Source: Candidatus Omnitrophota bacterium (lineage in GTDB: Bacteria > Omnitrophota > Gorgyraeia > Zapsychrales > JANLHA01). Taken from it: a stretch of 64,000 nucleotides of DNA. The stretch is from positions 7,965-71,964 of the forward strand of contig JAKQKX010000023.1 of assembly GCA_029560465.1 (NCBI GenBank), read 5' to 3'. The translations under genes were made by a program, and so were the position numbers. Numbering within the stretch: the first letter of the stretch is position 1; every line of letters starts with the position of its first letter. Shown here in pieces: positions 9,806 to 18,046 of the stretch. The notes beneath the pieces were generated by a model that saw nothing but the letters and a program-made list of their open reading frames with translations, was not told the origin of the DNA and made no database searches.

Positions 9806-10831
9806 TCAAGAGATTCTTCTTTGGAAGATGAGCTCGGGAGTTTTTTTACATACCTTGATCCCATTGGGCCAGTGAACCGACGCGCCCTCTTTTCGGTTCG
9901 TGATCAGGTCTTCGATTTCCCGTACGTGTTGGAGGGTCAAGCGGGTCAGGTCGCCTTGCAGTTTTTCATAGGCCAGCCGGTAAATAACCCTTTGCAGGCT
10001 CGGATGCAGTTGGGCCAGTTTTTTGAGCTGAAGTTTGACGGTGCCGGTCCCTGGCCCGGGAAACGAGATTTTTTTAAAGGTTTTCTGTCCGTGTGAAGCC
10101 AGGAACTCGTAGTCCTCCGCGGTGAGGCTGGCGAGTTGGAATAAGAGCTCCCGGATTTGAGGCTGATAATTTTTTTCTATATGAGGAAGAAGTTTTTTCC
10201 GGATCGCGTTCCGGAAATAATAGCTGTCTTCATTAGTCGAATCTTTCCGGTACCGTATTTTGTTCGCCCGGAGATACCGCAGGATATCATCCTTGGGAAT
10301 ATTATAAAAAGGCCGGATTATGGTTATGGCATGGAGCTTGGTTTGCGGAGGGATCCCTTTCAATCCCTGCAGCCCGGCGCCTCGTAAAATATGCATAAGG
10401 ACTGTTTCCGCGCAGTCGTCCCGGTGATGCGCGAGGACGACTTTATCAGCCCGGTATTTTTGGGTGAGGCGCTCAAGATGACGCAGGCGGGCTTGTCTGG
10501 CATTCTCTTCCAGTGAACTCTGGTCCTGCGTCCGTTTAATGGTCAGCCGTATGGATTGGAAAGAAACATTTAAATAACGGCAGACCTCCTTGACGAATTG
10601 TTCGTCCCCTGCGGCATCGTCGCGAAGCTGATGGTTAAAATGCACAGCCAGGAGCCGGAATGCCAATATATGCTGAAGGCGGCTCAAAACATGCAGCAGG
10701 GCTATTGAGTCGCTCCCGCCGGAAACACCGACTAACAGCGTGTCCCCTTTCCGGACCAAATGTTTTCGAAGGATGTTCGTTTTGACCTGCGCGGTGATAT
10801 CCATTATTATCATCAGAAGCGGTTGAGCCAT
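9806..10831 (-). CDS. tilS: tRNA(Ile)-lysidine synthetase
   Basis: PP-loop VGVSGGSDSIALLHVL. Conserved tilS-ftsH neighbourhood. Confidence 0.88.
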   Translation of the reverse strand: MAQPLLMIIMDITAQVKTNILRKHLVRKGDTLLVGVSGGSDSIALLHVLSRLQHILAFRLLAVHFNHQLRDDAAGDEQFVKEVCRYLNVSFQSIRLTIKRTQDQSSLEENARQARLRHLERLTQKYRADKVVLAHHRDDCAETVLMHILRGAGLQGLKGIPPQTKLHAITIIRPFYNIPKDDILRYLRANKIRYRKDSTNEDSYYFRNAIRKKLLPHIEKNYQPQIRELLFQLASLTAEDYEFLASHGQKTFKKISFPGPGTGTVKLQLKKLAQLHPSLQRVIYRLAYEKLQGDLTRLTLQHVREIEDLITNRKEGASVHWPNGIKVCKKTPELIFQRRIS

Positions 10832-10903
10832 TTGCTGCCCGCGACCGCAATGCCAATCATGAGTAACATGATCACCAGAAGGAGGATGATCACAAACAGG
10901 ATT

Positions 10904-11461
10904 TTATTCACTTAGGATGCCTCTTTTTTCAGTACGGGCGTCCTGATAAGCCGTCCGTAATTGTTCGGCGTACTTGAAGTTTGGAGGTTGAATATGAAGA
11001 TGAGCGAATCCTTGCCGGATAATTTCAGCATTAACGAACCGCTGGTCTTCGGCTAAAAATACATAAGCGAGGTCAACCGCAGATTCGTCTTTTTTTCGTG
11101 AGTCAAACTCCAACGTGATTTTTTTCCCCAATAATAGCGTCCGGACAAAATCAATGGCGCGTTCTTCCAGGGATATTGCGGGCGACGTTTCTTTTATAAC
11201 GAATCCATACTGGTCGCGGACAACCTCTCTTTGCCGAGGAGTTTCCAGCGCTTTAATCCCGATGAGTTTGATTTTATCTTTATTGTCCAGGATGATCGTG
11301 TCAGTCGAGATGACCCCGGTCACAAGGCGCTCTTCCACTTGTTGATTTATAAATAAAACATTTTCATCGGCCTGAAGGGGCGTTGAAAACAAAAAGGCCG
11401 TCAAACCCGCTACCCAGGCCTTTTTAAGGGTTGTTAAGATATGAGCCCGGGATAAAATCAT
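10904..11461 (-). CDS. secreted thermonuclease / staphylococcal-nuclease (SNase) homologue
   Basis: Signal peptide LTAFLFSTPLQA, then an SNase-like core (GVISTDTIILDNKDKIKLIGIKALE...VDLAYVFLAEDQRFVNAEIIRQGFA). Start set to the internal ATG 11461 so as not to overlap the upstream small gene. Confidence 0.6.
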   Translation of the reverse strand: MILSRAHILTTLKKAWVAGLTAFLFSTPLQADENVLFINQQVEERLVTGVISTDTIILDNKDKIKLIGIKALETPRQREVVRDQYGFVIKETSPAISLEERAIDFVRTLLLGKKITLEFDSRKKDESAVDLAYVFLAEDQRFVNAEIIRQGFAHLHIQPPNFKYAEQLRTAYQDARTEKRGILSE

Positions 11462-11474
11462 AAGGCGTGTATAG

Positions 11475-11684
11475 CTAGGAATGCCGGGCGGGTTGATGGA
11501 GCTCGACAAAATAGTCGATGGAACGGTTGAACGTCTTTTCTGCCTCTGCCGGGAAAAAACAGGCTGGAATTTGTCCTTTCTTCCGGTGGTAGCGGACGCA
11601 TTCGCAGCAAAGTCCGGCTTTGTCGCAACCCGTGTAGGTGCAGTTGCATCCTTCCATGTTCATGGATTTGTTGGGGCATTTCAT
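11475..11684 (-). CDS. small cysteine-rich conserved hypothetical protein (CxC...C...CCEC...C pattern, 69 aa)
   Basis: MKCPNKSMNMEGCNCTYTGCDKAGLCCECVRYHRKKGQIPACFFP has 8 Cys in 45 residues. GAGGA Shine-Dalgarno ~7 nt before the ATG. I recall this CxCTY..C...G.CCEC..YH....Q.P.C.FP pattern as a widespread small DUF but cannot name it with certainty. Confidence 0.5.
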   Translation of the reverse strand: MKCPNKSMNMEGCNCTYTGCDKAGLCCECVRYHRKKGQIPACFFPAEAEKTFNRSIDYFVELHQPARHS

Positions 11685-11759
11685 TAGAATATCCTCGCTT
11701 ATTTATATCATAAGCTCGGAGGGTTCTGATCGTCAATGAGAATTTTAAGCCCATCCTTT

Positions 11760-12785
11760 TTACGCAACGCCGCCTCGTGTCCGCCGCCGGAAACATCCGC
11801 AGAGTAGCGCTCCTCCCAGTAGGTAAAGGGTTTGCGGTTCCGGTATGGTCCTGATGTTAAAAACTGTGACGTAATCGATTTCGTAAAAATAGTCAACATT
11901 CCCGGTTATATCCTGGGCGGCCAGGAGGTCGGGATGATAGGCCTGGGCCCATTCTGGCCCAGGCACCCAGATGTTCAGCCGCATGCTTAGCGGATGGGAC
12001 GGTATGGCGGTGCCGGCCTGATACACCAGGATATCGTTGACATACCATTCTATTTTATCTGTAAACCAGACAATTTTATACGTGTTGAACTCTGTGGCTG
12101 TTATATCGTCGGGAAAAGACAAGATTTCTGGCCGTCCCGTCGCGGAGGGGGGGGCGTTGATAAAGCGGTTGACCAGGAATTGCGGCGTGCTGGAAGGCAG
12201 ATAAAGGTTGGAGAGGAATTCAATGTCGATTTCGTCTTTCAGGTTCCCTGCCCCTGTTTCGCCAAAGCCAAAAATTGAAGTGATGACCCCTAGCGGAATT
12301 TCTTCCGAAGCCCTCACCCTGGCTTCAAAGGCAATCCCTTCTTCCGGGGTTGGAGAAAATGTTTGGATCGTGTCAATTTCCGAGCCCCAGAAAGTCAGGT
12401 GTTTAGGGTCCGTGGGATTGTAGGTGCTTAAGAGGAGCCGAGCGACCCCGAGAGCGGAATCAGAGAGCGAGGCTCCCACTTCCACGGTTTTTCGTAGACC
12501 ATCTGTCATGCTGTCCGGGATATTGGGGTTGCGGAGCGCGGTTTGCCCGAAGAACGCCGCAGGCCCTTCTGGCGTGGTCCAGAGTGAACGGTCAACGTCT
12601 TCGGAGGGGGTGTTAAAGTCATCATGAAAAAGGATCCCCGCTTCTCCAGGGGTGTTTACAAGTATAAGGAATAACAGGGGGAGAAGGCAACGGGAAAAAT
12701 ATTCCCTGGAACGCCGGGGCAACACAGGGCCGGGATGCAGCATGCCGAGTCCTTTCATAATTACCGGAAGATTTATAAAAAACAT
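11760..12785 (-). CDS. glycoside hydrolase family 16 (laminarinase/beta-glucanase-like) with C-terminal PEP-CTERM sorting signal
   Basis: GH16 catalytic motif EIDIEF (ExDxE). C-terminus IPEPQTLYLLGGALLCGCFRRRTRG is PEP, a hydrophobic span, then an Arg cluster. The ORF-track N-terminus to 12926 reads through the tRNA; I set the start at ATG 12785 (MFFINLPVIMKG...), upstream of the signal peptide. Confidence 0.7.
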   Translation of the reverse strand: MFFINLPVIMKGLGMLHPGPVLPRRSREYFSRCLLPLLFLILVNTPGEAGILFHDDFNTPSEDVDRSLWTTPEGPAAFFGQTALRNPNIPDSMTDGLRKTVEVGASLSDSALGVARLLLSTYNPTDPKHLTFWGSEIDTIQTFSPTPEEGIAFEARVRASEEIPLGVITSIFGFGETGAGNLKDEIDIEFLSNLYLPSSTPQFLVNRFINAPPSATGRPEILSFPDDITATEFNTYKIVWFTDKIEWYVNDILVYQAGTAIPSHPLSMRLNIWVPGPEWAQAYHPDLLAAQDITGNVDYFYEIDYVTVFNIRTIPEPQTLYLLGGALLCGCFRRRTRGGVA

Positions 12786-12822
12786 GGCGGATTCCGCGGG
12801 ATAAGGCCTTTGATTGAAGAAA

Positions 12823-12899
12823 TGGTAGCGAGGGACGGATTCGAACCGTCGACGCCGCGGGTATGAGCCGCGTGCTCTAACCAGCTGAGCTACCTCGCC
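12823..12899 (-). tRNA. tRNA with CAU anticodon. It is elongator tRNA-Met, initiator tRNA, or tRNA-Ile2 (lysidine); these cannot be told apart by eye. 3' CCA is encoded.
   Basis: Reverse complement reads GGCGAGGTAGCTCAGCTGGTTAGAGCACGCGGCTCATACCCGCGGCGTCGACGGTTCGAATCCGTCCCTCGCTACCA. Cloverleaf folds with D-arm GCTC/GAGC, anticodon stem CGCGG/CCGCG with loop CTCATAC, T-arm GACGG-TTCGAAT-CCGTC, and a G1-U72 wobble. Confidence 0.8.
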
Positions 12900-13061
12900 A
12901 CATAATATAGTCCTCTCGGATCCCAAGGTGGCGCAAGGTCCACCCTCTATTCCTGAACAGAAAAATGAAGCGTTTAGAGAGTCTAAATTTTACGCTAAAG
13001 TATCTGGCTTGGCAAGCCTTTTTTGGTTTGATTCTGGTTGGAACCAAGTTGAGGAGTTTTG

Positions 13062-13439
13062 TTAATACGAAATGTTTAGAAGCTTATGATTCTCGAAGGT
13101 TATGCGTATCGGGCGCCATTGCGAGGAATGGGCATGATCAGGGGGGCGTTGGTAAGTCCAGATTTCTGTGACGCTCGTTTGAGAGATTAGGCGGTAAATA
13201 TCGTCCGGTTCGCCAAAGCGGGCCTGAATTTCCTGCCCGGAGAGCCCGGGTTTCAGCTCCCCGCCCATGACCGCTGTATTGAGGGCATTGAAATTTGTTT
13301 CTTTCGTGGCCATAGCTGCCTTCCGTTCTGTCTGTTTAGCCGTGCTGCAGCCAGAGGAAACAAGAATGAGCAGACATAGAAAAGGCAGGTTCAGGAAATG
13401 AAGTAAAAATGCCCGAGAATATGCCTGGTGATTATTCAT
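13062..13439 (-). CDS. outer-membrane lipoprotein, BamE (SmpA/OmlA)-like
   Basis: Lipoprotein signal ...LCLLILVSSGC. Mature part aligns by eye to BamE (LKPGLSGQEIQARFGEPD vs IRVGMTQQQVAYALGTP; EIWTYQRPP vs TWFYVFRQQ). Start taken at the internal ATG 13439. Confidence 0.5.
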   Translation of the reverse strand: MNNHQAYSRAFLLHFLNLPFLCLLILVSSGCSTAKQTERKAAMATKETNFNALNTAVMGGELKPGLSGQEIQARFGEPDDIYRLISQTSVTEIWTYQRPPDHAHSSQWRPIRITFENHKLLNISY

Positions 13440-13514
13440 AAGCTGGAAATTGAGTATGTTTTTTGGTTGTGACACGCATTTCCGGTCGCCTTTTTTAAAG
13501 GCGTGCAAGGAGGC

Positions 13515-13817
13515 TCATTTAAAAATGTAATAAAGCAAACCCAGTATGATGAGAAGACAGGCCAAGTAAAAGTCGTTATAATAGAAAAAATCCTGAACAC
13601 GTTCCAGAGATGTATAAGGGTAACTGGACTCCTTTTCCTGGGGCACGTGCCCTTGCCCCCTTAAGGCGACAACTTCGGATTTTTTGAGACGTAAGAATTG
13701 GTTCGCGATCCGGTAAGCAATAAGCTGTTTTTTCTCAATGAGGTCCATAACTTGTTTTTCGGTTATGTCCAGGATTTGCGCGGTTTCTCTGACTGAGATA
13801 TATTGATTTTCGTTCAT
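13515..13817 (-). CDS. excisionase/MerR-type HTH (HTH_17-like) protein with C-terminal transmembrane helix
   Basis: ISVRETAQILDITEKQVMDLIEKKQLIAYRI helix-turn-helix, plus a C-terminal hydrophobic segment YLACLLIILGLLYYIF. Confidence 0.5.
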   Translation of the reverse strand: MNENQYISVRETAQILDITEKQVMDLIEKKQLIAYRIANQFLRLKKSEVVALRGQGHVPQEKESSYPYTSLERVQDFFYYNDFYLACLLIILGLLYYIFK

Positions 13818-13858
13818 AACGATTTATGTGCCGGCACGAAACAAGCGTGTTTAAAAGC

Positions 13859-14383
13859 TTAATCTGTGATTTTCCCTGAAGCGGCCCAGGTGTCAATCTT
13901 GGAGCGCTCAAAAGTCCAGTCTTCGCCGTTACGCGTGGCGGGGATCTGACCGGCATTCGCCAACTCGATGATGGCTGGTGGTTCGATCTCAAGATATTTT
14001 GATAATTCTTCAACGGAAAGGATGTCTTCCATCATTTGGCATTTCCCCTGGAAGATCGCCCCTTCAACGACATTCAGTTTGGGGGTGGAAATATTCCCGG
14101 TTAACACGGCTGTCGGCATTAGAACGAGCATTTTCTTGGCAATAATATCTCCCCGGACTTTACCGGCGATAATGATATTTTCGCCGTTAATATGGGCTTC
14201 CACAAAAGCGGCACCCCCGATGGTCAGTGTCCCCCGGACTTCCAGTGTGCCCTTGAAATTGCCATTGACTTTTAAATTAACCGGATCTTTAAAAGACAAT
14301 GTCCCCTGCATTTGCGCGTTGATGTCAATACTTTTTTCTTGAGGTTCGATTTCATTCACCCTGTTGCGGCCCCGGATCACCAT
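13859..14383 (-). CDS. bactofilin (DUF583) domain fused to a C-terminal excisionase-type HTH domain
   Basis: Repetitive beta-helix bactofilin pattern (VNGNFKGTLEVRGTLTIGGAAFVEAHINGENIIIAGKVRGDII). Followed by LSVEELSKYLEIEPPAIIELANAGQIPATRNGEDWTFERSKIDTW (HTH_17-like). Confidence 0.65.
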   Translation of the reverse strand: MVIRGRNRVNEIEPQEKSIDINAQMQGTLSFKDPVNLKVNGNFKGTLEVRGTLTIGGAAFVEAHINGENIIIAGKVRGDIIAKKMLVLMPTAVLTGNISTPKLNVVEGAIFQGKCQMMEDILSVEELSKYLEIEPPAIIELANAGQIPATRNGEDWTFERSKIDTWAASGKITD

Positions 14384-14837
14384 AGCATCCTCCTTGGTTA
14401 TTTAATCGCTTTTTCAATCTTTTTTCAAAGGAACGTACACCAACCAGCACGAAGAAGACGGCCAGTGTCACGACAATCGCCACGGAATATAACCCCGTCC
14501 CCACGGCCATTCCGATCCCGGACACGATCCAGAGCGTGGCGGCTGTGGTTAACCCAACGACATTGGATTCGCAGCGGATGATGGTCCCCGCGCACAAAAA
14601 ACCGATACCCGTCACGATGCCTGTAATAATACGCGTCGGATCCACGAGGGTTTCATTTTTTAATGTGTAGAAGATATGATAGGACGTAAGGACAAATAAA
14701 CCCGACCCGAGCCCAACTAGAATATGGGTCCTTAACCCCGCCCCTTTATGCCGGACTTCCCTCTCCCCTCCGATCAGGCTGCAGAGGAGAATGGTTAAAA
14801 CAAGTTTGAAAATGAGTTCTCCAAGAGATATGTTCAT
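14352..14837 (-). CDS. MgtC/SapB family membrane protein
   Basis: GGEREVRHKGAGLRTHILVGLGSGLF signature and four TM helices. 161 aa. Confidence 0.8.
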   Translation of the reverse strand: MNISLGELIFKLVLTILLCSLIGGEREVRHKGAGLRTHILVGLGSGLFVLTSYHIFYTLKNETLVDPTRIITGIVTGIGFLCAGTIIRCESNVVGLTTAATLWIVSGIGMAVGTGLYSVAIVVTLAVFFVLVGVRSFEKRLKKRLNNQGGCYGDPGPQQGE

Positions 14838-14904
14838 TCTAATCCTTTTTAATTATACTGGATATTGTTATTTTAGCAAATACTCAACAAATGAGAATTG
14901 ATTT

Positions 14905-15876
14905 CTAATTTTTTAAGCGATGATAAGCAATCCCGGCCACCATCGCCGCGTTATCCATGCACAGGTTCAAGGGCGGAAAAAAAACTTTGATGCCGCGGGA
15001 AATCGCAGCTTCGCCAAGGGCCTGCCGTAACCGGGAGTTCGCCGCGACCCCTCCGCCGACAATTAGACTGTGGCTTTTGAAATCCCGGCAGGCCGCGAGG
15101 CATTTTTTAACGAGGATCGAGACCACACTTTCCTGGAAAGCATGCACAATGTGGGTTTTCTGGGTGTTATCCTGGTTTTTGTTTTTTTGGTGATAATATA
15201 AAATGGCTGTTTTGATCCCGCTGAAACTGAAGTCGTACGTCCCAGGCAGTTCAGCGCAGTTAAATGCGAGCGGGTGGTCGGACACGTGTCGCGCCATCCG
15301 GTCGATGACGGGGCCTCCGGGATAACCCAGGTTGAGGATCCGCGCCACTTTGTCGAACGCTTCTCCCGCGGCGTCATCGCGTGTTTTTCCGAGCAGTTTG
15401 AAATCCGTCCATGATTTGATGAGATAGAGGCTCGTGTGCCCGCCGGATACGATAAGCCCTATTGTCGGTAGGCCGGGCCGGCCGGCCGCGGCCTTTTCTT
15501 TGACCGCGTCCGTTAAAAAGGGGGCATACAGATGAGCCTGGACATGATCGATTTCAATTAAAGGTTTGCGCAGCGTGAACGATAATGCCCGGGCAAATGA
15601 AAGCCCAACGAGCAAGGACCCGATGAGGCCTGGCGCCCGGGTCACGGCGATGGCGTCCAGCCGGGGGAGCCCGCAATGGGCCTCAAGAGAGGCGCGGCGC
15701 ACGACGATATTGATGGCCTCCAGTTGACGCCGGGACGCGATTTCTGGAATGATGCCCCCGTATTTTTTGTGTTCCCCAAGGCTGGAGGAGACAACACTGG
15801 AACGGATCCAGCGCCCGTCTTTGACTATTGAGGCGGCTGTTTCATCGCAGGATGTTTCTATCCCAAGGATATTCAT
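14905..15876 (-). CDS. tsaD: tRNA N6-adenosine threonylcarbamoyltransferase
   Basis: MNILGIETSCDETAASIV, HxxGH-type metal site, 323 aa. Confidence 0.92.
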   Translation of the reverse strand: MNILGIETSCDETAASIVKDGRWIRSSVVSSSLGEHKKYGGIIPEIASRRQLEAINIVVRRASLEAHCGLPRLDAIAVTRAPGLIGSLLVGLSFARALSFTLRKPLIEIDHVQAHLYAPFLTDAVKEKAAAGRPGLPTIGLIVSGGHTSLYLIKSWTDFKLLGKTRDDAAGEAFDKVARILNLGYPGGPVIDRMARHVSDHPLAFNCAELPGTYDFSFSGIKTAILYYHQKNKNQDNTQKTHIVHAFQESVVSILVKKCLAACRDFKSHSLIVGGGVAANSRLRQALGEAAISRGIKVFFPPLNLCMDNAAMVAGIAYHRLKN

Positions 15877-15890
15877 AATCGGGTCTTGAA

Positions 15891-16721
15891 TTACAAGGCA
15901 TTGATAAGGGATTTTACCGGGACGATTTCATAGCCTATCGACGTCATGAGTTCGAGCTGCTCTTTCAGGACCTCCCAGGTCAGGACCCGGGCATGACAGA
16001 TCCCGATCGCGTACCCGTGCTTGACGGCGGTTTGTCGTAATTCCCGGAATTGTTGCTCAATGTAGTCCCGGTCATTTTTGTTGTCTAGAAAAACGTCCCT
16101 CTCCGCAAACGGAAGGTGTCGTTGGCGTGCGAGTTGAGGGCAAATGGTTTTGCGTGTGACCCGGCTGTCCAAAAAATAGAGGTTATTTTTTTTCATCTGG
16201 GTAAAAAGGAGCGACATGAGCGCCGTATCTTCTGTTGCTTTAGAACCCATGTGGTTGTTGACCCCTTTCGCATGGGGAACACTGGCTAGCGCATCGTTAA
16301 ACTTCTGAATAACCAGACTGGGTGGCATGGATGTTGTGATAATATAGTTCCCCGGATATGTGTCATTGTTCTGATGGGGCTCTAACGGGAGATGAAGCAT
16401 GACTTCTTTCCCCTGCGTATGGGCGCAATGGGCGATTTCTTGAGAATACCGCAGGTGCGGAAGCACCGAGACGGTGACAGGGGCGCTGAGTTGGGAGAGC
16501 GTGGCGCAATCATTCATGCTGTAACCCGTATCATCGATGATGATCGCAATTTTTCCTAAAGAGGTGCGTTCCGGGATCCTGCTTCTGGGGTGGAATCCCG
16601 GAACGTAAACTTTCGCCAACAGCATTGTTTCAACAACAATAATGCCGAAGAGGATCACGATCATGACGTTTTTAACCGTGTCCCGCGACCCGGATCTTTT
16701 GGACCTGCGATTTAGGGGCAT
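15891..16721 (-). CDS. divergent polysaccharide deacetylase family protein (YibQ-like)
   Basis: N-terminal TM, then IAIIIDDTGYS...VSVLPHLRYSQEIA...HLPLEPH motifs typical of the YibQ family. Sits next to ctpA as in many genomes. Confidence 0.7.
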   Translation of the reverse strand: MPLNRRSKRSGSRDTVKNVMIVILFGIIVVETMLLAKVYVPGFHPRSRIPERTSLGKIAIIIDDTGYSMNDCATLSQLSAPVTVSVLPHLRYSQEIAHCAHTQGKEVMLHLPLEPHQNNDTYPGNYIITTSMPPSLVIQKFNDALASVPHAKGVNNHMGSKATEDTALMSLLFTQMKKNNLYFLDSRVTRKTICPQLARQRHLPFAERDVFLDNKNDRDYIEQQFRELRQTAVKHGYAIGICHARVLTWEVLKEQLELMTSIGYEIVPVKSLINAL

Positions 16722-16726
16722 ATGGA

Positions 16727-18046
16727 TTAACCCGTTTGTCCGAAGTTTTTGTACACGCGGATTCCTTTGATGATGCTGATCGCGGCTTGAATCTGGTTGT
16801 CATCGAGAAGTATTTGCCTTGCGTCCTTTTTCTTCTTCTCCTCTTGCCATTTTTCCGGCTCTTTTGATTCATTGATCTCCACACCATCAAAAATTTTGTT
16901 GATTTCCTGTTCTTTCTCCTTTATTATTTTTTCCGTTTCTTGAGGTTTTTCATAAATACGCGTGACCACGACATCCGGGGTGATTCCTGTCCCGTGAATG
17001 GAAACTCCGGACGGCGTGAAGTATTTGCTTGTTGTCAAGCGCAGCCCGGACCCGTCCGGCAAAGGAATAACGGATTGCACGGACCCTTTCCCGAAGGATT
17101 GTTCCCCGAGGATAATGGCCCGCTTATTGTCTTTCAGGGCTCCGGCTAAAATTTCGCTTCCGGACGCGCTCCCCTCGTTGATCAAGACCACGACCGGCCA
17201 ATCGATGGACCTTCCTTTATTGGTGGATTTGCTTTCTATGTTTTGGGAAGGCCGCCGCCCTTTGGTGGACACGATCATTTCTCCCGGAGGAAGGAATTCA
17301 TCCGTAATATCAATGGCCACGTTCAACAGGCCGCCCGGGTTGTTTCTTAAGTCCAGGATCAGGGCGTTGGCTTCTTGCCCGCGGAGGGACTCGATCGCTT
17401 TAAGAAAATCTTTATGCGTGTCTTCCCGGAACTCCGTTAAACGGATATATCCGATCTTGTCTTCCAAGATCTGGGTGTCTTTGATGTCCTGGATTTGAAT
17501 GACTTCCCTGACAATCGTGTAATCCTGGAATTTGAATTCCTTCTCGCGCAACACGGTAATGGTGATCGGTGTTTCCGGTTCTCCGCGTAAGCGTTTAACA
17601 GCATCGCTTAAAGACATATTTTTAGTGATTTCTTTTTCTATTTTGACAATAATATCCCCGGCCATCAGCCCGGCACGCCAGGCGGGAGTGTCTTCAATGG
17701 GGGAAATGATGGTCAAGAGCCCGTCTTTGATGGAAATTTCTATCCCCAGGCCCCCGAATTTCCCCTGGGTTTCGGTTTTTAATTCCTTGTAATCATCTGG
17801 CGTCAGGAATTGCGAATGCGGGTCAAGCGCGGATAACATCCCCGTTAAAGATCCGTAAATCAGATCCTGGGGCTTTTTTTCGTCGACATATTCAGACTGG
17901 ATCGTTGTCAGGGCGTAACTGAAGATTTCAATTTGCGAGTAAAGATCATCAATTTTTTTTGAAGCGTCCATCTGGGATCTCCCTAAGGAACAGAAAATGA
18001 GGATGAACGCTAAACAAAAGGAAAATGAAATAAACTTTTTACCCAT
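16727..18046 (-). CDS. ctpA: carboxyl-terminal processing protease (S41 family, PDZ domain)
   Basis: PDZ (GGLGIEISIKDGLLTIISPIEDTPAWRAGLMAGDIIVKI) plus the S41 catalytic region (VVVLINEGSASGSEILAGALKD). Signal peptide present. Confidence 0.88.
   Translation of the reverse strand: MGKKFISFSFCLAFILIFCSLGRSQMDASKKIDDLYSQIEIFSYALTTIQSEYVDEKKPQDLIYGSLTGMLSALDPHSQFLTPDDYKELKTETQGKFGGLGIEISIKDGLLTIISPIEDTPAWRAGLMAGDIIVKIEKEITKNMSLSDAVKRLRGEPETPITITVLREKEFKFQDYTIVREVIQIQDIKDTQILEDKIGYIRLTEFREDTHKDFLKAIESLRGQEANALILDLRNNPGGLLNVAIDITDEFLPPGEMIVSTKGRRPSQNIESKSTNKGRSIDWPVVVLINEGSASGSEILAGALKDNKRAIILGEQSFGKGSVQSVIPLPDGSGLRLTTSKYFTPSGVSIHGTGITPDVVVTRIYEKPQETEKIIKEKEQEINKIFDGVEINESKEPEKWQEEKKKKDARQILLDDNQIQAAISIIKGIRVYKNFGQTG

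Noticed and set aside
10832-10911. Tiny hydrophobic ORF (VNKILFVIILLLVIMLLMIGIAVAGSKWLNRF) between tilS and the SNase gene
   Set aside because: Only ~31 codons, a GTG start overlapping the SNase stop, no RBS I could see. Hydrophobic composition is expected by chance in this T-rich antisense stretch. Not supportable.
11458-11796. ORFs 11458..11796 (-) and 11481..11687 (+) overlapping the Cys-rich small gene
   Set aside because: Alternative frames and strand of the same DNA. Only the 11475..11684 frame has an ordered Cys pattern and a proper Shine-Dalgarno.
12786-12926. N-terminal 47 codons of ORF-track entry 11760..12926 (MGSERTILCGEVAQLVRARGSYPRRRRF...)
   Set aside because: This stretch is the reverse-strand image of the CAU tRNA (12823-12899), read through by the ORF caller. 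The real GH16 gene starts at the internal ATG at 12785, ahead of its signal peptide.
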